DNA of 64,000 nt from Chitinophagaceae bacterium. Lineage in GTDB: Bacteria > Bacteroidota > Bacteroidia > Chitinophagales > Chitinophagaceae. The notes beneath the pieces were generated by a model. It saw only the letters and a program-made list of their open reading frames with translations, was not told where the DNA came from and ran no database searches. Position numbers and translations under genes: made by a program. How positions within the stretch are numbered: the stretch's first letter is position 1; each line of letters starts with the position of its first letter. This document shows positions 27,953 through 38,399 of this stretch, in pieces. The stretch covers positions 96,529 to 160,528 of the forward strand of contig JBGSLS010000033.1 of assembly GCA_041740575.1 (NCBI GenBank), in the 5' to 3' direction.

Positions 27953-28867
27953 TCAGCCTTCGGGATTCTTGAACCTGATAAGGATTCCGCGGTTTTTAAA
28001 AGTAGAAACCGGGATAATCCATTGGTGTTGCTGCCCCTGCCACTCCAATGTAACGGTAACATTATACATTACATCCACCATGGCATGATCGCACAGCAGT
28101 AATACCCTTATTTCTCCTGCCTTCATGCTATCAAGCGTAACAATATTAACCTGTTGTCGTGGTGAAACGCTAACGATTACCGGCGTTGAGTCAATAAGTA
28201 CGGTAAGCTTGTGAAAAAGGTCTGCATCTTTGGCTTCAAATTTTATAGATGCATCACCTGTTGGTACCGTTAAGGTGTCTACCCAATCAGTGGGGCGTTT
28301 ATCCTGCATAAGTAATATGCGCTGCCCTGTGGTGGGGGCCACCAGTATCTTCCTTTCATTTATATAACGCAACGCAATTTCTTTTTCTTCAGGCACCGAA
28401 AATGAATTGGCCGTATCAATCCGTTTTAGCGTGAATTTTCCGAATACATCATCATTTACATCAATCCATGTTCCGGTAATTTCCGGCTCTCCTTTTGATG
28501 TATTAACCGTCATTCTGAGCGCGTTAAGTTGCTCGCAGGTACCAGGTGCCAAGCCTGTTTCTTTTACAACCGCCATGTGGTTCAATTGTAACCCTTTACT
28601 ATTTAATTTACCTTCAAGCCAATTATCGCACCCGGTTAATACCCCGTTCTCAAAAATGCGCGAACGCAATACGGCAGTATAAATGCTATTAGCTTCCATC
28701 AGGTCGAGTTGCATAGAAAGCTTTGCGCTGCGGCCCGTTACTTTCAATTCTCCATTGTAAAAGCCTTGCAGGGATTGAGATATCGCCATTTGGCTAATAC
28801 CCAAAAAGATAAAAATATATATAAAAAATCTTATAATGTTCATGTGCTCAGTTTTATCCATCACCAT
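27953..28867 (-). CDS. Hypothetical secreted protein
   Basis: 304-aa ORF with a signal-peptide-like N-terminus; no recognisable catalytic motif. Confidence 0.6.
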   Translation of the reverse strand: MVMDKTEHMNIIRFFIYIFIFLGISQMAISQSLQGFYNGELKVTGRSAKLSMQLDLMEANSIYTAVLRSRIFENGVLTGCDNWLEGKLNSKGLQLNHMAVVKETGLAPGTCEQLNALRMTVNTSKGEPEITGTWIDVNDDVFGKFTLKRIDTANSFSVPEEKEIALRYINERKILVAPTTGQRILLMQDKRPTDWVDTLTVPTGDASIKFEAKDADLFHKLTVLIDSTPVIVSVSPRQQVNIVTLDSMKAGEIRVLLLCDHAMVDVMYNVTVTLEWQGQQHQWIIPVSTFKNRGILIRFKNPEG

Positions 28868-28970
28868 TCAAAAATAATCGGCATGCAATTAACCCTTTTA
28901 ATACAATACTGAAATGCTAAAGTACCTGAATTGCGCCCCTTAAAAGCGAAAAAGCCTTTACCTTGCCCGC

Positions 28971-30353
28971 GTGAAAAACTTATTATCAAAGATAAGACAG
29001 CTTTTACAAGAAAAATTTGATACCATAAATAATGCCGGTGTACGCCGGGGTTTATTGCAAGCCATTCCGTTTTGGGTAGCATCGGCCATTACGGGAGGTA
29101 TTGCCGTTATTTATGCCAAATTATTCGATTGGGCCGAACACTCCATGCTATTAATGGCTGGGTACAAATGGTGGATGCTCTTTATTATTTGCCCCCTGTT
29201 CTTTTTTATTAGTTGGTGGCTTATTACAAAAATTGCACCCGCAGCACGCGGCAGCGGTATTCCGCAGGTAATGGCCGCCATCGACCTTTCTACACCAAGG
29301 GATAACAGCAAAGTGAGTTACCTGCTTAGCATGAAAGTAATGCTGGTAAAAATTGGCAGCAGCATTGCCCTTGTGTTGGGCGGAGGCGCTGTTGGCCGCG
29401 AAGGACCTACCATACAAATTGCAGGCTCGGTATTTAAATGGGTAAATGATATTACACCGGACAACTGGCCCAAAGTGCCAAGAAAAAACATGGTAATTAC
29501 CGGCGCTGCTGCAGGACTTGCTGCTGCATTTAATACACCCTTAGGCGGTATTGTATTTGCAGTGGAAGAACTTGCCAAAAATCATTTTAAATTTTTTCGT
29601 ACCCCATTATTCGTCGCCGTAATTATTGCGGGGCTTACAGCACAGGGCTTACTCGGACCATACCTGTACCTGGGTTATCCCAAAGTAAGTGGTGCAGCCT
29701 GGTATATTTTTTTTCCTATTGTATTGGTAGCCGGCATAAGTGGTATTGCAGGGGCGGCTTTATCGCGCAGCATTGTAAAAATACTTAATTGGAAAAGAAC
29801 TTTTTCGCAGCAAAAGCAAATCATTTACCTGTTTAGCGCGGCCATGCTGATGGCGGTAATGGGCACTTTTATATCAACTACCGTACTGGGACCCGGAAAA
29901 GAAGTGATGAACGAACTTCTTTTTACGGGAAATAAAGACCCTGCATGGTATTTACCCATTGTAAGATTTCTGGGGCCGGTTATTTCGTTTACATCGGGTG
30001 GTGCCGGTGGGGTATTTGCTCCCGCACTTAGTGCCGGTGCAAGCATTGGCGCTGTATTTGCGCAGCTATTTAATTTTGCCGATGCCAATGCAAACCTGAT
30101 GGTATTGGCTGGGATGGTGGGCTTTTTAAGTGGCATTACCCGCAGCCCTTTTACCAGCGCCATCCTCGTGTTGGAAATGACTGACAGGCACTCTGTTATT
30201 TTTCACCTGATGCTTGCCGCCATAGTAAGCAACCTTACTGCGTGGCTTGTAGATCGTAAATCGCTATACGATCATCTGAAAGCGGTGTACCTGAAAGAAG
30301 CCCGCGACCATGAAGAACAAAATCCAAAGCCCGACAAGAAAAAAGAAGTTTAA
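28971..30353 (+). CDS. ClC family chloride channel / H+/Cl- antiporter
   Basis: GSGIP, GREGP (gating Glu), GGVFAP and C-terminal LYD. Confidence 0.92.
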   Translation: MKNLLSKIRQLLQEKFDTINNAGVRRGLLQAIPFWVASAITGGIAVIYAKLFDWAEHSMLLMAGYKWWMLFIICPLFFFISWWLITKIAPAARGSGIPQVMAAIDLSTPRDNSKVSYLLSMKVMLVKIGSSIALVLGGGAVGREGPTIQIAGSVFKWVNDITPDNWPKVPRKNMVITGAAAGLAAAFNTPLGGIVFAVEELAKNHFKFFRTPLFVAVIIAGLTAQGLLGPYLYLGYPKVSGAAWYIFFPIVLVAGISGIAGAALSRSIVKILNWKRTFSQQKQIIYLFSAAMLMAVMGTFISTTVLGPGKEVMNELLFTGNKDPAWYLPIVRFLGPVISFTSGGAGGVFAPALSAGASIGAVFAQLFNFADANANLMVLAGMVGFLSGITRSPFTSAILVLEMTDRHSVIFHLMLAAIVSNLTAWLVDRKSLYDHLKAVYLKEARDHEEQNPKPDKKKEV

Positions 30354-31027
30354 AATTCTGCTTGCGTTGCAGGAATAGGTTGTAATTCTTTATTAATGAT
30401 GTTGCTGATGGCTTCGGCCATATTCCAAATCATAAAATGCCCGCCATCTTTTACCATGTAATTGGCTTTTACCGAACCGGGTAATAAAAGCTTATCCCTA
30501 TCGCCATGAATATGAACAATGGAATCGGGATAATCCTTACGCTGCCAACGCAAAATCATATCCACCGCGCGTTGCAAAAAAGTTAGATCCGTATCCTTGA
30601 GCATCATTTGCTTCAAGTACAATTCTTCATCGAGGCTACGCACATCGAAAATAAAACGGTTGAGATAATTTGAACGGGTAACGAGCCAATACGGCGCTAC
30701 TTTATGCAACTTTAAATTGCCTGCAGCCCGCATATAAACCGGCAGTTCATTTCTGCATTTGGCTGATGACACTACGATGGTATGCTTAACCAGTCGTATT
30801 TTACTAATTTCCGTTGCCAGCATACCGCCAAAAGAAACACCGAGCAATGATGCGTTGTCGTGCGTTATTTGCTCTGCAAGTCTTTGTGCAAAGTGCGGCA
30901 AGTCTTCACCCTTCTCAGGCATTTGCCAGGCAATGGGGTGCAGTATGGCGTTGTCGATAGCAATTTTGCTGAAAATTCTAAAATCAGCACCGAGTCCTGA
31001 TATACAATAAATATGATGCGGTTGCAT
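30350..31027 (-). CDS. Alpha/beta hydrolase
   Basis: GVSFGG nucleophile elbow, HGDRD and GGHF. The stop overlaps the ClC stop by 4 nt. Confidence 0.85.
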   Translation of the reverse strand: MQPHHIYCISGLGADFRIFSKIAIDNAILHPIAWQMPEKGEDLPHFAQRLAEQITHDNASLLGVSFGGMLATEISKIRLVKHTIVVSSAKCRNELPVYMRAAGNLKLHKVAPYWLVTRSNYLNRFIFDVRSLDEELYLKQMMLKDTDLTFLQRAVDMILRWQRKDYPDSIVHIHGDRDKLLLPGSVKANYMVKDGGHFMIWNMAEAISNIINKELQPIPATQAEF

Positions 31028-31070
31028 ATCTGCAAAGTTCCGTGAACTTAGGTAAGCAAAAAAGCTAAAA

Positions 31071-31100
31071 AGCAGTATCCCATATTACCGGGATACTGCT
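31071..31100 (-). terminator. Intrinsic terminator
   Basis: Perfect 11-bp stem AGCAGTATCCC-N8-GGGATACTGCT with a minus-strand U-tract. Confidence 0.75.
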
Positions 31101-31126
31101 AGTGTTGTTTAAGTGCATTTTTTTAA

Positions 31127-31543
31127 TTACTTAATGGTAACTTCTTCCATTTTAAAGTTACTCACGGTGGAGTAATTCAGGTTGTAACGCTTGCGGCTAG
31201 TGCCTTCAGTCGTTTCAAACACTACTTCAATACTCTTAAGTTCATCGGGAGAAACCTGGATGTAACGGGCAAAAGTTTTATCGGAAATACGCTCGGTATA
31301 AAGTACTTCGCCACTACCATCGGTTATGCGCAATAATGCTGCACGGTTGTCGGATTTACCCAAAACTATCTGAAGTACAACTTCATTTTCTTCGCCACCC
31401 ACGTACTGTACCTTGATGTTGTTTGCGTTTGTAGTTTTGGTGGTTTCACCTTTTTTGTCTCCTTTGTTAATACCTGCAAAAGCTGCGGGTGCCATAGTTA
31501 CTAACGTTGCAATAAGTATGGCTGACATGAAATTCTTTTTCAT
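31127..31543 (-). CDS. Small secreted hypothetical protein (single predicted beta-sandwich)
   Basis: Signal peptide ...APAAFA followed by beta-strand-rich sequence; own terminator. Confidence 0.65.
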   Translation of the reverse strand: MKKNFMSAILIATLVTMAPAAFAGINKGDKKGETTKTTNANNIKVQYVGGEENEVVLQIVLGKSDNRAALLRITDGSGEVLYTERISDKTFARYIQVSPDELKSIEVVFETTEGTSRKRYNLNYSTVSNFKMEEVTIK

Positions 31544-31999
31544 TTGATCTGATTTTTGTTGTTAAAAAATGCTTGTTCTCATCATCTGTCTTCCTGATTT
31601 TTTTCAGTAAGAAAGTCGTTTTACAATGATGGTAGCTATCGGTTGGGATCGTAATGCCCGGTTTTTCAAAAGGCGGCAGCAATGCGGGTGTTTGTATTCA
31701 TTTGCTGATCAGTGTAGTAAGTGTCGTTTCAAGGCCCTGAACTTTCAATTACAATGCAAACATAGCAAGCGTTTACATGGCCTTACACCCAACTTTTGGT
31801 AGTATAAATGATGGCAAAAATGCTAAAATTTATACAAAACCCTTTACTGGCAAGGGTTTCAAAAAAATGCCGGCTTTATAGCCAAGTGGCAAAAAAGGGG
31901 TATTTTTTATGTAAAAAAGACGCATTAAGTTACATTTTTGGGTGAAAAAGGGATTATCGCCCATCCATTTTCAACCCCAACTCGCAAGAAAAAGTATAA

Positions 32000-32027
32000 T
32001 AAATTTGGTTTTATGAACACTGTTCAT
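32000..32027 (+). promoter_or_regulatory. -7 promoter element and TetR operator of RND operon 2 (site 1)
   Basis: TAAATTTG at 32000-32007, then perfect palindrome ATGAACA-C-TGTTCAT at 32013-32027. Confidence 0.75.
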
Positions 32028-32052
32028 TTTATTTGCAGTGTAATTGACGATA

Positions 32053-32664
32053 ATGGCGATAGAAGACAGAAAACAGCGGGAAAGGGAACAAATGCAGCGG
32101 CTGATATTGGATACCGCAAAGGAAATATTCCTCGAAAAGGGGTATAACCAAACGAGCATCCGCAACATAGCCGATAAAATTGAATATAGCCCGGGTACTA
32201 TTTACCTGTACTTTAAGGAGAAAGACGATATCTTTTTTGCGCTGCATAACGAAGCTTTTGGCAAACTTTTCAGCCTGTTTGCCCCACTGGCTATGGTGGA
32301 AGAACCTTTTGAAAGATTGAAGGCAATGGGCAAGCTATACATGGATTTCGCCTTTAATAACAAGGATTTGTACGATCTTATGTTTATTATGAATGCCCCG
32401 ATGAATATGCTGCACGAAGGCTGTGAATGGAAAATGGGCGACAGGGTATTTGATACACTTGTTAATACTTTATCCCAATGCCAGGAAAAAGGCAGGTTTA
32501 AGAAAAAAGAACTTCAGGCGCTTGCATTTATGATTTGGAGCGGGCTTCATGGCATGTGTGCCATTTATTGCCGCGGGCGGATGGGTGTAATGCATGATGC
32601 TAATGAAAAAGAGATGCTGGAGCAAGCCTATACTTACTATATAGATACGCTGAATAGACTATAG
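32053..32664 (+). CDS. TetR/AcrR family regulator
   Basis: GYNQTSIRNIADKIEYSPGTIYLYFKEKDDI; C-terminal WSGLHG. Confidence 0.92.
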   Translation: MAIEDRKQREREQMQRLILDTAKEIFLEKGYNQTSIRNIADKIEYSPGTIYLYFKEKDDIFFALHNEAFGKLFSLFAPLAMVEEPFERLKAMGKLYMDFAFNNKDLYDLMFIMNAPMNMLHEGCEWKMGDRVFDTLVNTLSQCQEKGRFKKKELQALAFMIWSGLHGMCAIYCRGRMGVMHDANEKEMLEQAYTYYIDTLNRL

Positions 32665-32685
32665 TCGATTTTTTTTGTCTTGACA

Positions 32686-32699
32686 ATGAACACTGTTCA
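32686..32699 (+). promoter_or_regulatory. Second copy of the same TetR operator, upstream of tolC
   Basis: ATGAACACTGTTCA, identical over 14 nt to site 1. Confidence 0.75.
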
Positions 32700-32732
32700 G
32701 ATATTATTATATCAATATTAAAATAAGAAACC

Positions 32733-34097
32733 ATGCAACGTAACTTCACACTTATGCTGGCTTTGTCATGCTCCACTACCATAACTGCTTTGGCACAGCC
32801 TTCCACACATCCTGTGTTGGCCGGATATATTCAGTACGCACTGGATAGCAATCTTGTTATCAAACAAAAAACCGTAAGCCTCGAAAAAAGTATGCTGTCG
32901 CTGCAGGAAGCACGCAGCTACTTTTTACCTGCGGTGAACCTCGGCGGTAGTTATTCGCTTGCACAGGGCGGCCGTACCATTGATATTCCGGTGGGCGATT
33001 TAATGAACCCGGTGTATAGTACGCTCAATCAACTTACCGGCACCACAAAATTTCCGCAGATAAGCAATGTGGAAGAACAGTTTTTACCCAACAATTTTTA
33101 CGATGTAAAGCTGCGCACCACCTACCCTATTTTTAATCCTGATATTAAATATAACCGGCAGGTAAAAGAACAGCAGATAAAATTAAGCGAAGGGGAAATA
33201 GCCATTTACAAACGCGAATTAGTGAAAGATGTAAAGACGGCTTACTTCACCTATTTACTGGCCACAGAAGGTATACGCATCTATGAAAATACAAAAACTG
33301 TTGTAGAACGTGGATTACGTGTAAATGAATCCCTATATAAAAACGGCAAAGGATTGCCCGCTTACATTAATCGCAGCGAAGCCGATGTTCAACAGGTGGA
33401 TGCACAATTACAAAGCGCCAAAAACGAAGCTGAAAAAGCCAAAGCCTATTTCAATTTTTTACTCAACAAACCCTTAAACACACCCATTGAAATCCATATA
33501 CCTGAATTGCCTGAAACCCTTATGCTGCCTGATGCAGACCTAAGCAGCATTGCAAAACGCGAAGAGCTTTCACAACTGCAAACAGCCGAAGAAATCAATA
33601 AATCTTTCATACGATTAAACGAAAGTTTCCGGCAGCCAAGGGTGAATACCTACTTCGATTTGGGATCGCAGGGATTTGATTTTGTAAACAGTGGAAAAGG
33701 TCCTTACTACATGCTTGGATTGCAACTCGATATGCCCATTTTCCAGGGCAAACGCAACCTGTACAAAATTGATCAAAGCAAAAAAGACCTTGAGCAAACA
33801 CGCACACAACAACAACTCGTTGCACAACAACTCGAACTGCAGGCTTTTAATGCACGCAACAACCTGTTGACAGCTTTAACGAATTATCGAGCCGGCGGTA
33901 AGCAGGTGCAGGCCGCTACATCTTATTTCAAATTAGTAGATAGAGGGCGCGGCGAAGGAACCAACACTTTTATTGAATGGTTAGATGCACGCAATCAGCT
34001 TACCACTGCCGAAGTACAACAGCAAATCAACAAATACCGAACGCTGATGGCCTGGGCCGATTACGAACGTCAAGTAGCCTCCGTTAGCCTTGACTAA
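32733..34097 (+). CDS. TolC family outer membrane efflux protein
   Basis: Signal peptide, OEP repeats, GTNTFIEWLDARNQLT. Confidence 0.9.
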   Translation: MQRNFTLMLALSCSTTITALAQPSTHPVLAGYIQYALDSNLVIKQKTVSLEKSMLSLQEARSYFLPAVNLGGSYSLAQGGRTIDIPVGDLMNPVYSTLNQLTGTTKFPQISNVEEQFLPNNFYDVKLRTTYPIFNPDIKYNRQVKEQQIKLSEGEIAIYKRELVKDVKTAYFTYLLATEGIRIYENTKTVVERGLRVNESLYKNGKGLPAYINRSEADVQQVDAQLQSAKNEAEKAKAYFNFLLNKPLNTPIEIHIPELPETLMLPDADLSSIAKREELSQLQTAEEINKSFIRLNESFRQPRVNTYFDLGSQGFDFVNSGKGPYYMLGLQLDMPIFQGKRNLYKIDQSKKDLEQTRTQQQLVAQQLELQAFNARNNLLTALTNYRAGGKQVQAATSYFKLVDRGRGEGTNTFIEWLDARNQLTTAEVQQQINKYRTLMAWADYERQVASVSLD

Positions 34098-34141
34098 AAA
34101 AACAAACCATCAATACACATCACTTTATAAATAACATTTTT

Positions 34142-35185
34142 ATGCAATACATATTCTCACTCATCGCCGCTATCATATTTTTACAATCCTGCAGCGAGCC
34201 GGAAAAAAAATCCGCACTTCCCACACCGGGCGAAGCCATACCTGTATCCCTCGCACAAGTACAAAGCGGTGGGTTAGCCAACAGCATTGAAGCAACCGGC
34301 CTTTTGTTTACTGAAGATGAATCTAAACTCTCCTTTAAAATAGGCGGTGTGGTAGAATCTGTTTACGTAAGCGAAGGCGATTTTGTAAAAGCCGGGCAGG
34401 TATTGGCTACGCTCAAAAACACTGAAATCGCATCGCAGGTAAGCCAGGTGCAACTGAATGTACAAAAGGCTGAACGTGATTACCAGCGCGCGCTCAACCT
34501 GTACACCGATAGTGTTGCCACACTCGAACAATTGCAGAATGCAAAAACAGGTCTCGATATTGCAAAGCAGGGTTTATCTGTTGCATCTTTCAACCAGCAA
34601 TACGCGCGCATTGTAGCGCCGGCGAGCGGTTTTGTGGTAAAAAAAATGATGAGTGCAGGTGAAATTGCAGGTCCCGGCATGCCGGCATTTGTAATCAATA
34701 ATATTTCTGCAAACAGCCATTGGATATTACGAGTGGGTGTAAGCGATGCACAGTGGGCCAACATAAATTTAGGCGATAAAGCCATGGTACATTTTGACGC
34801 TTTTCCCGGTAAAAATTTTGATGCCCGTGTAACTAACCGTTCGCTTACGGCCGATCCCGCTAATGGTTCTTTTAGTGTGGAATTACGTGTGGCATTTAAC
34901 GGCGAAAAGCCCGCCACCGGTATGTTTGGCAAAGCAAACATACTTACCGGAAAAGTTACCTATGCCACGGTAATTCCCTATGCAGCTTTGCTCGAAGCCG
35001 ATGGCGATAAAGGGTACGTGTTTGTAACCAACGATAAAAAAACGGTAGAACGAAAGGAAGTTAAACTCGGCAAGTTGTACAACGACCGTGTGGAAGTATT
35101 GTCAGGACTTGAAAACGCCAATATGATAGTTATTGCCGGCAGTGCCTACCTCAGCGACAAGTCGACCATCGTTGTAAGTCAATAA
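34142..35185 (+). CDS. RND periplasmic adaptor (MFP), lipoprotein
   Basis: Lipobox LQSC, LSFKIGGVVESVYVSEGDFVKAGQVLATL. Confidence 0.9.
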   Translation: MQYIFSLIAAIIFLQSCSEPEKKSALPTPGEAIPVSLAQVQSGGLANSIEATGLLFTEDESKLSFKIGGVVESVYVSEGDFVKAGQVLATLKNTEIASQVSQVQLNVQKAERDYQRALNLYTDSVATLEQLQNAKTGLDIAKQGLSVASFNQQYARIVAPASGFVVKKMMSAGEIAGPGMPAFVINNISANSHWILRVGVSDAQWANINLGDKAMVHFDAFPGKNFDARVTNRSLTADPANGSFSVELRVAFNGEKPATGMFGKANILTGKVTYATVIPYAALLEADGDKGYVFVTNDKKTVERKEVKLGKLYNDRVEVLSGLENANMIVIAGSAYLSDKSTIVVSQ

Positions 35186-35209
35186 TCACACACACCACAA
35201 ATACATCTT

Positions 35210-38200
35210 ATGCAATTCATATCTTTTGCCGTAAAAAACTGGCAGCTCACCTTACTCATGTTCATCATGACCGTAGTGGTGGGACTCAATACGCTTTTCA
35301 ATATGCCTCGGGCCGAAGATCCCGAAATTAATCCACCGCAGTTTCCCGTGATAGTGGTTTACCCTGGTACAAGCCCCAAGGATATGGAAGAGCTTGTAGT
35401 AAAACCTATTGAAAAACAGGTAAGCGAACTCGAAAACATTAAACGTATTAAAACCCGTATTGATGATGGTTCTGCTATTATTGAAGTAGAATTTAGCTAT
35501 AACAGCAATGTAAACGATAAATACCAGGAGCTTGTAAGAGAAATCAATGCCATTCGTGATAAACTACCCGCCGACCTTTTAAAATTAGAAGTAAGAAAAG
35601 TAACGCCCACCGATGTAAAAATTTTGCAGGTAGGATTAATAAGCGAAAATGCATCTATGCAACTGCTGCGCCAAAAAGCAGATGAACTTACCGAGCAATT
35701 AGAAAAAATTAAAAGCCTGAAGAAAGTAGAATACCAGGGTGTGCAGGAACAGGAAGTTCGCATCGACCTGCAGATGGATAAACTCGCACGCATGCGCATT
35801 CCGCTGAATGCGGTTATTGGCAGCATACAAAGCGAAGCCGCCAACATTCCCGGTGGCAGTATTCGTGCCGGTGAAAAGGTATTCAACATAAAAACAAGCG
35901 GCAAGTATAATAGTGTAGATGAAATAGCGAACACCGTTGTGTACAATGCCAATGGAAGCATTATATTTCTGCGCGATGTAGCCAATGTACAACTGCGCTA
36001 TGCCGAACCCAAACATATTGTGCGCATCAACGGGCACCGCGCGGTCATAGTTTTGGCTGCCCAAAAAGAAGGAAAAAATATTGCGAAAACCAAAGCTGAA
36101 TTTCAACCTATCGTAGATGCATTTGAAAAAACGTTACCATCGAATATCGATATGGTAAAAACCTTCGATCAGGCAGAAAATGTATCGCGCAGGTTAGCAG
36201 GATTAGGAGTTGATTTTTTAATTGCTATCGGGCTCGTACTGCTTACACTGTTACCACTTGGTTATCGTGCATCGCTCATTGTAATGATTGCCATTCCGCT
36301 TAGTCTTGCATTGGCGCTGATATCGCTCAATGCCATGGGTTATTCGCTCAATCAACTAAGTATTGTAGGGCTTGTGGTTGCGCTTGGCTTGCTCGTAGAT
36401 GATAGCATTGTGGTAGTGGAAAACATTGAACGCTGGTTGCGCGATGGCTATGGCAAACGACAGGCAGCTATTGAAGCCACCAAGCAAATTGCATTGGCCG
36501 TTGTGGGTTGCACTGCCGCACTGATGGTTGCTTTTATGCCGCTCGCTTTTTTGCCCGAAGCATCTGGCGAATTTATCCGCAGTCTTGCCTTAGCGGTTAT
36601 CTCTTCGGTGTTTGCATCTATGATTGTATCGCTAACTGTCGTACCCTTTTTTGCAAGCCGTGTATTGAAAACTAATCATAGCACCGAAGGAAATATTTTT
36701 CTCCGCGTACTGCAACGTATTATTAAAGGAAGTTATGGGAAAGTGCTTGATGTTGCACTCAACAGGCCCATCCTAACTTTAATTATTGCCGGTTTGGTAT
36801 TTGCAGGTTCCATGCTTATTTTTCCCATCATTGGTTTCAAACTTTTTCCAACTTCGGAAAAACCACAATTTTTTGTAAACATCGATATGCCTTTGCAAAG
36901 CAATATTGAAACCACCAACCAAATGGCTAAACAGGTGGAAGCTGAACTTGCAAAAAACGAACGGGTGATGTTTTATACAAGCAACTCCGGTAAAGGTAAT
37001 CCCCGCATATATTACAACGAAATACAAGGCAACGAAAAAAGCGATTTCGCACAAATATTTGTACAGCTTGAAAACGATGTGAAGCCCGATGAAAAGCGCG
37101 ATATTATTGAAGACCTGCGCAACCGCTTTATGGGCTTTGCCGGTGCCAATATTGAAGTAAAAGATTTTGAACAGGGCCCGCCTGTGGAAGCGCCCGTTGC
37201 CATTCGCATTACCGGCGACAATCTTGATACCCTGCGCGTATTGGCAGCCAAAGCCAAAATGATGATGGATAGTATTCCAGGCTCGGTATATGTGCGCAAC
37301 GAAGTGGATTTACTCAAAAGCGATATTCGTGTAAACATCAACCGCGAAAAAGCGCGCATGCTCGGCATACTCACAAGCGATATTGACCGCACCGTGCGGC
37401 TTGCAGTAGCAGGACTAAATCTCGGCACCCTTACCGATGATGCGAAGGACGAAGATTACGCTATCGTCATCAATGCACCCAAAGAAAGCTACGCCACTTT
37501 ACAAACGCTCGAGAACCTTTTTGTAAATAATGCAGCAGGTACACCGGTACCATTGAACCTTGTAGCAAACCTGAAGTTTGAAACATCGCCGGTAACGATT
37601 AATCATATTGATAAAAAACGATATGCAGTCGTAACGAGCTATGTAAAAAAAGGAATTCTTGCACAGGATGTATTAAAACAATTTTTGGAAAAAACTTCAG
37701 ACTTGCAACTACCTGCAGGTTATGCATTTGTACCTGCGGGCGAAGCCGAAACACAGGCCGAAGCCTTTGGTGGTGGGTTTTCAACGGTTATCATTCTAAC
37801 CGTGTTTCTTTTCATCACTATCCTTGTGCTAGAATTCAGAACCTTTAAAAGTACATTGATTGTTTTATCGGTCATTCCCCTCGGTGTAATTGGCGGCGTG
37901 CTGTTGTTGTGGGCAACGGGGAACCCCTTGTCCTTTGTAGCTATTGTAGGTTTTATTGGTCTTGCGGGCATTGAAGTAAAAAACTCCATCCTGCTTGTTG
38001 ATTTTACCAATCAGCTTCGCAAAGAAGGCAAAAGCCTCGACGAAGCTATTCGCGAAGCAGGTGAAATTCGCTTTCTCCCGATTGTGCTTACATCGCTCAC
38101 GGCGATTGGTGGTTTAATTCCGATTGCTCTGAGCAGTAATCCGCTCATCAGTCCGCTTGCATTGGTTATTATTGGTGGGTTGATTTCATCAACGGTATTA

Positions 38201-38263
38201 AGCAGGATTGTAACGCCGGTAGTGTATAAATTGATACCGCCTGCGGTAAATGGGGAAGGGTAA
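35210..38263 (+). CDS. RND efflux permease (AcrB/MdtB-like)
   Basis: LGLLVDDSIVVVEN, EVKNSILLVDF and RFLPIVLT. Confidence 0.92.
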   Translation: MQFISFAVKNWQLTLLMFIMTVVVGLNTLFNMPRAEDPEINPPQFPVIVVYPGTSPKDMEELVVKPIEKQVSELENIKRIKTRIDDGSAIIEVEFSYNSNVNDKYQELVREINAIRDKLPADLLKLEVRKVTPTDVKILQVGLISENASMQLLRQKADELTEQLEKIKSLKKVEYQGVQEQEVRIDLQMDKLARMRIPLNAVIGSIQSEAANIPGGSIRAGEKVFNIKTSGKYNSVDEIANTVVYNANGSIIFLRDVANVQLRYAEPKHIVRINGHRAVIVLAAQKEGKNIAKTKAEFQPIVDAFEKTLPSNIDMVKTFDQAENVSRRLAGLGVDFLIAIGLVLLTLLPLGYRASLIVMIAIPLSLALALISLNAMGYSLNQLSIVGLVVALGLLVDDSIVVVENIERWLRDGYGKRQAAIEATKQIALAVVGCTAALMVAFMPLAFLPEASGEFIRSLALAVISSVFASMIVSLTVVPFFASRVLKTNHSTEGNIFLRVLQRIIKGSYGKVLDVALNRPILTLIIAGLVFAGSMLIFPIIGFKLFPTSEKPQFFVNIDMPLQSNIETTNQMAKQVEAELAKNERVMFYTSNSGKGNPRIYYNEIQGNEKSDFAQIFVQLENDVKPDEKRDIIEDLRNRFMGFAGANIEVKDFEQGPPVEAPVAIRITGDNLDTLRVLAAKAKMMMDSIPGSVYVRNEVDLLKSDIRVNINREKARMLGILTSDIDRTVRLAVAGLNLGTLTDDAKDEDYAIVINAPKESYATLQTLENLFVNNAAGTPVPLNLVANLKFETSPVTINHIDKKRYAVVTSYVKKGILAQDVLKQFLEKTSDLQLPAGYAFVPAGEAETQAEAFGGGFSTVIILTVFLFITILVLEFRTFKSTLIVLSVIPLGVIGGVLLLWATGNPLSFVAIVGFIGLAGIEVKNSILLVDFTNQLRKEGKSLDEAIREAGEIRFLPIVLTSLTAIGGLIPIALSSNPLISPLALVIIGGLISSTVLSRIVTPVVYKLIPPAVNGEG

Positions 38264-38290
38264 ATTACAGTAACGTTCTCCAACGATTTC

Positions 38291-38334
38291 GAGCAATGTC
38301 TCTGCCTGCGACCGTAACGAGCAGGCAGGACGTT
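38291..38334 (+). repeat. 44-nt REP-like hairpin repeat, copy 1
   Basis: GAGCAAtgTCT-CTGCCTGC-gaccgtaacga-GCAGGCAG-gacgtt. Confidence 0.7.
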
Positions 38335-38399
38335 CCGTTAGAAGGTTTAAATCCATTAACTTTTGGAACATACAATATTTCCAAGCAGGTTTGTAGCAT

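Noticed and set aside
31544-31999. Riboswitch or sRNA in the long intergenic region
   Set aside because: No recognisable aptamer consensus or terminator-ended unit by eye; a covariance-model search would be needed.
38264-38345. Repeat copy 1 region as an integron attC site
   Set aside because: No matching RYYYAAC / GTTRRRY boxes, no cassette array and no integrase.
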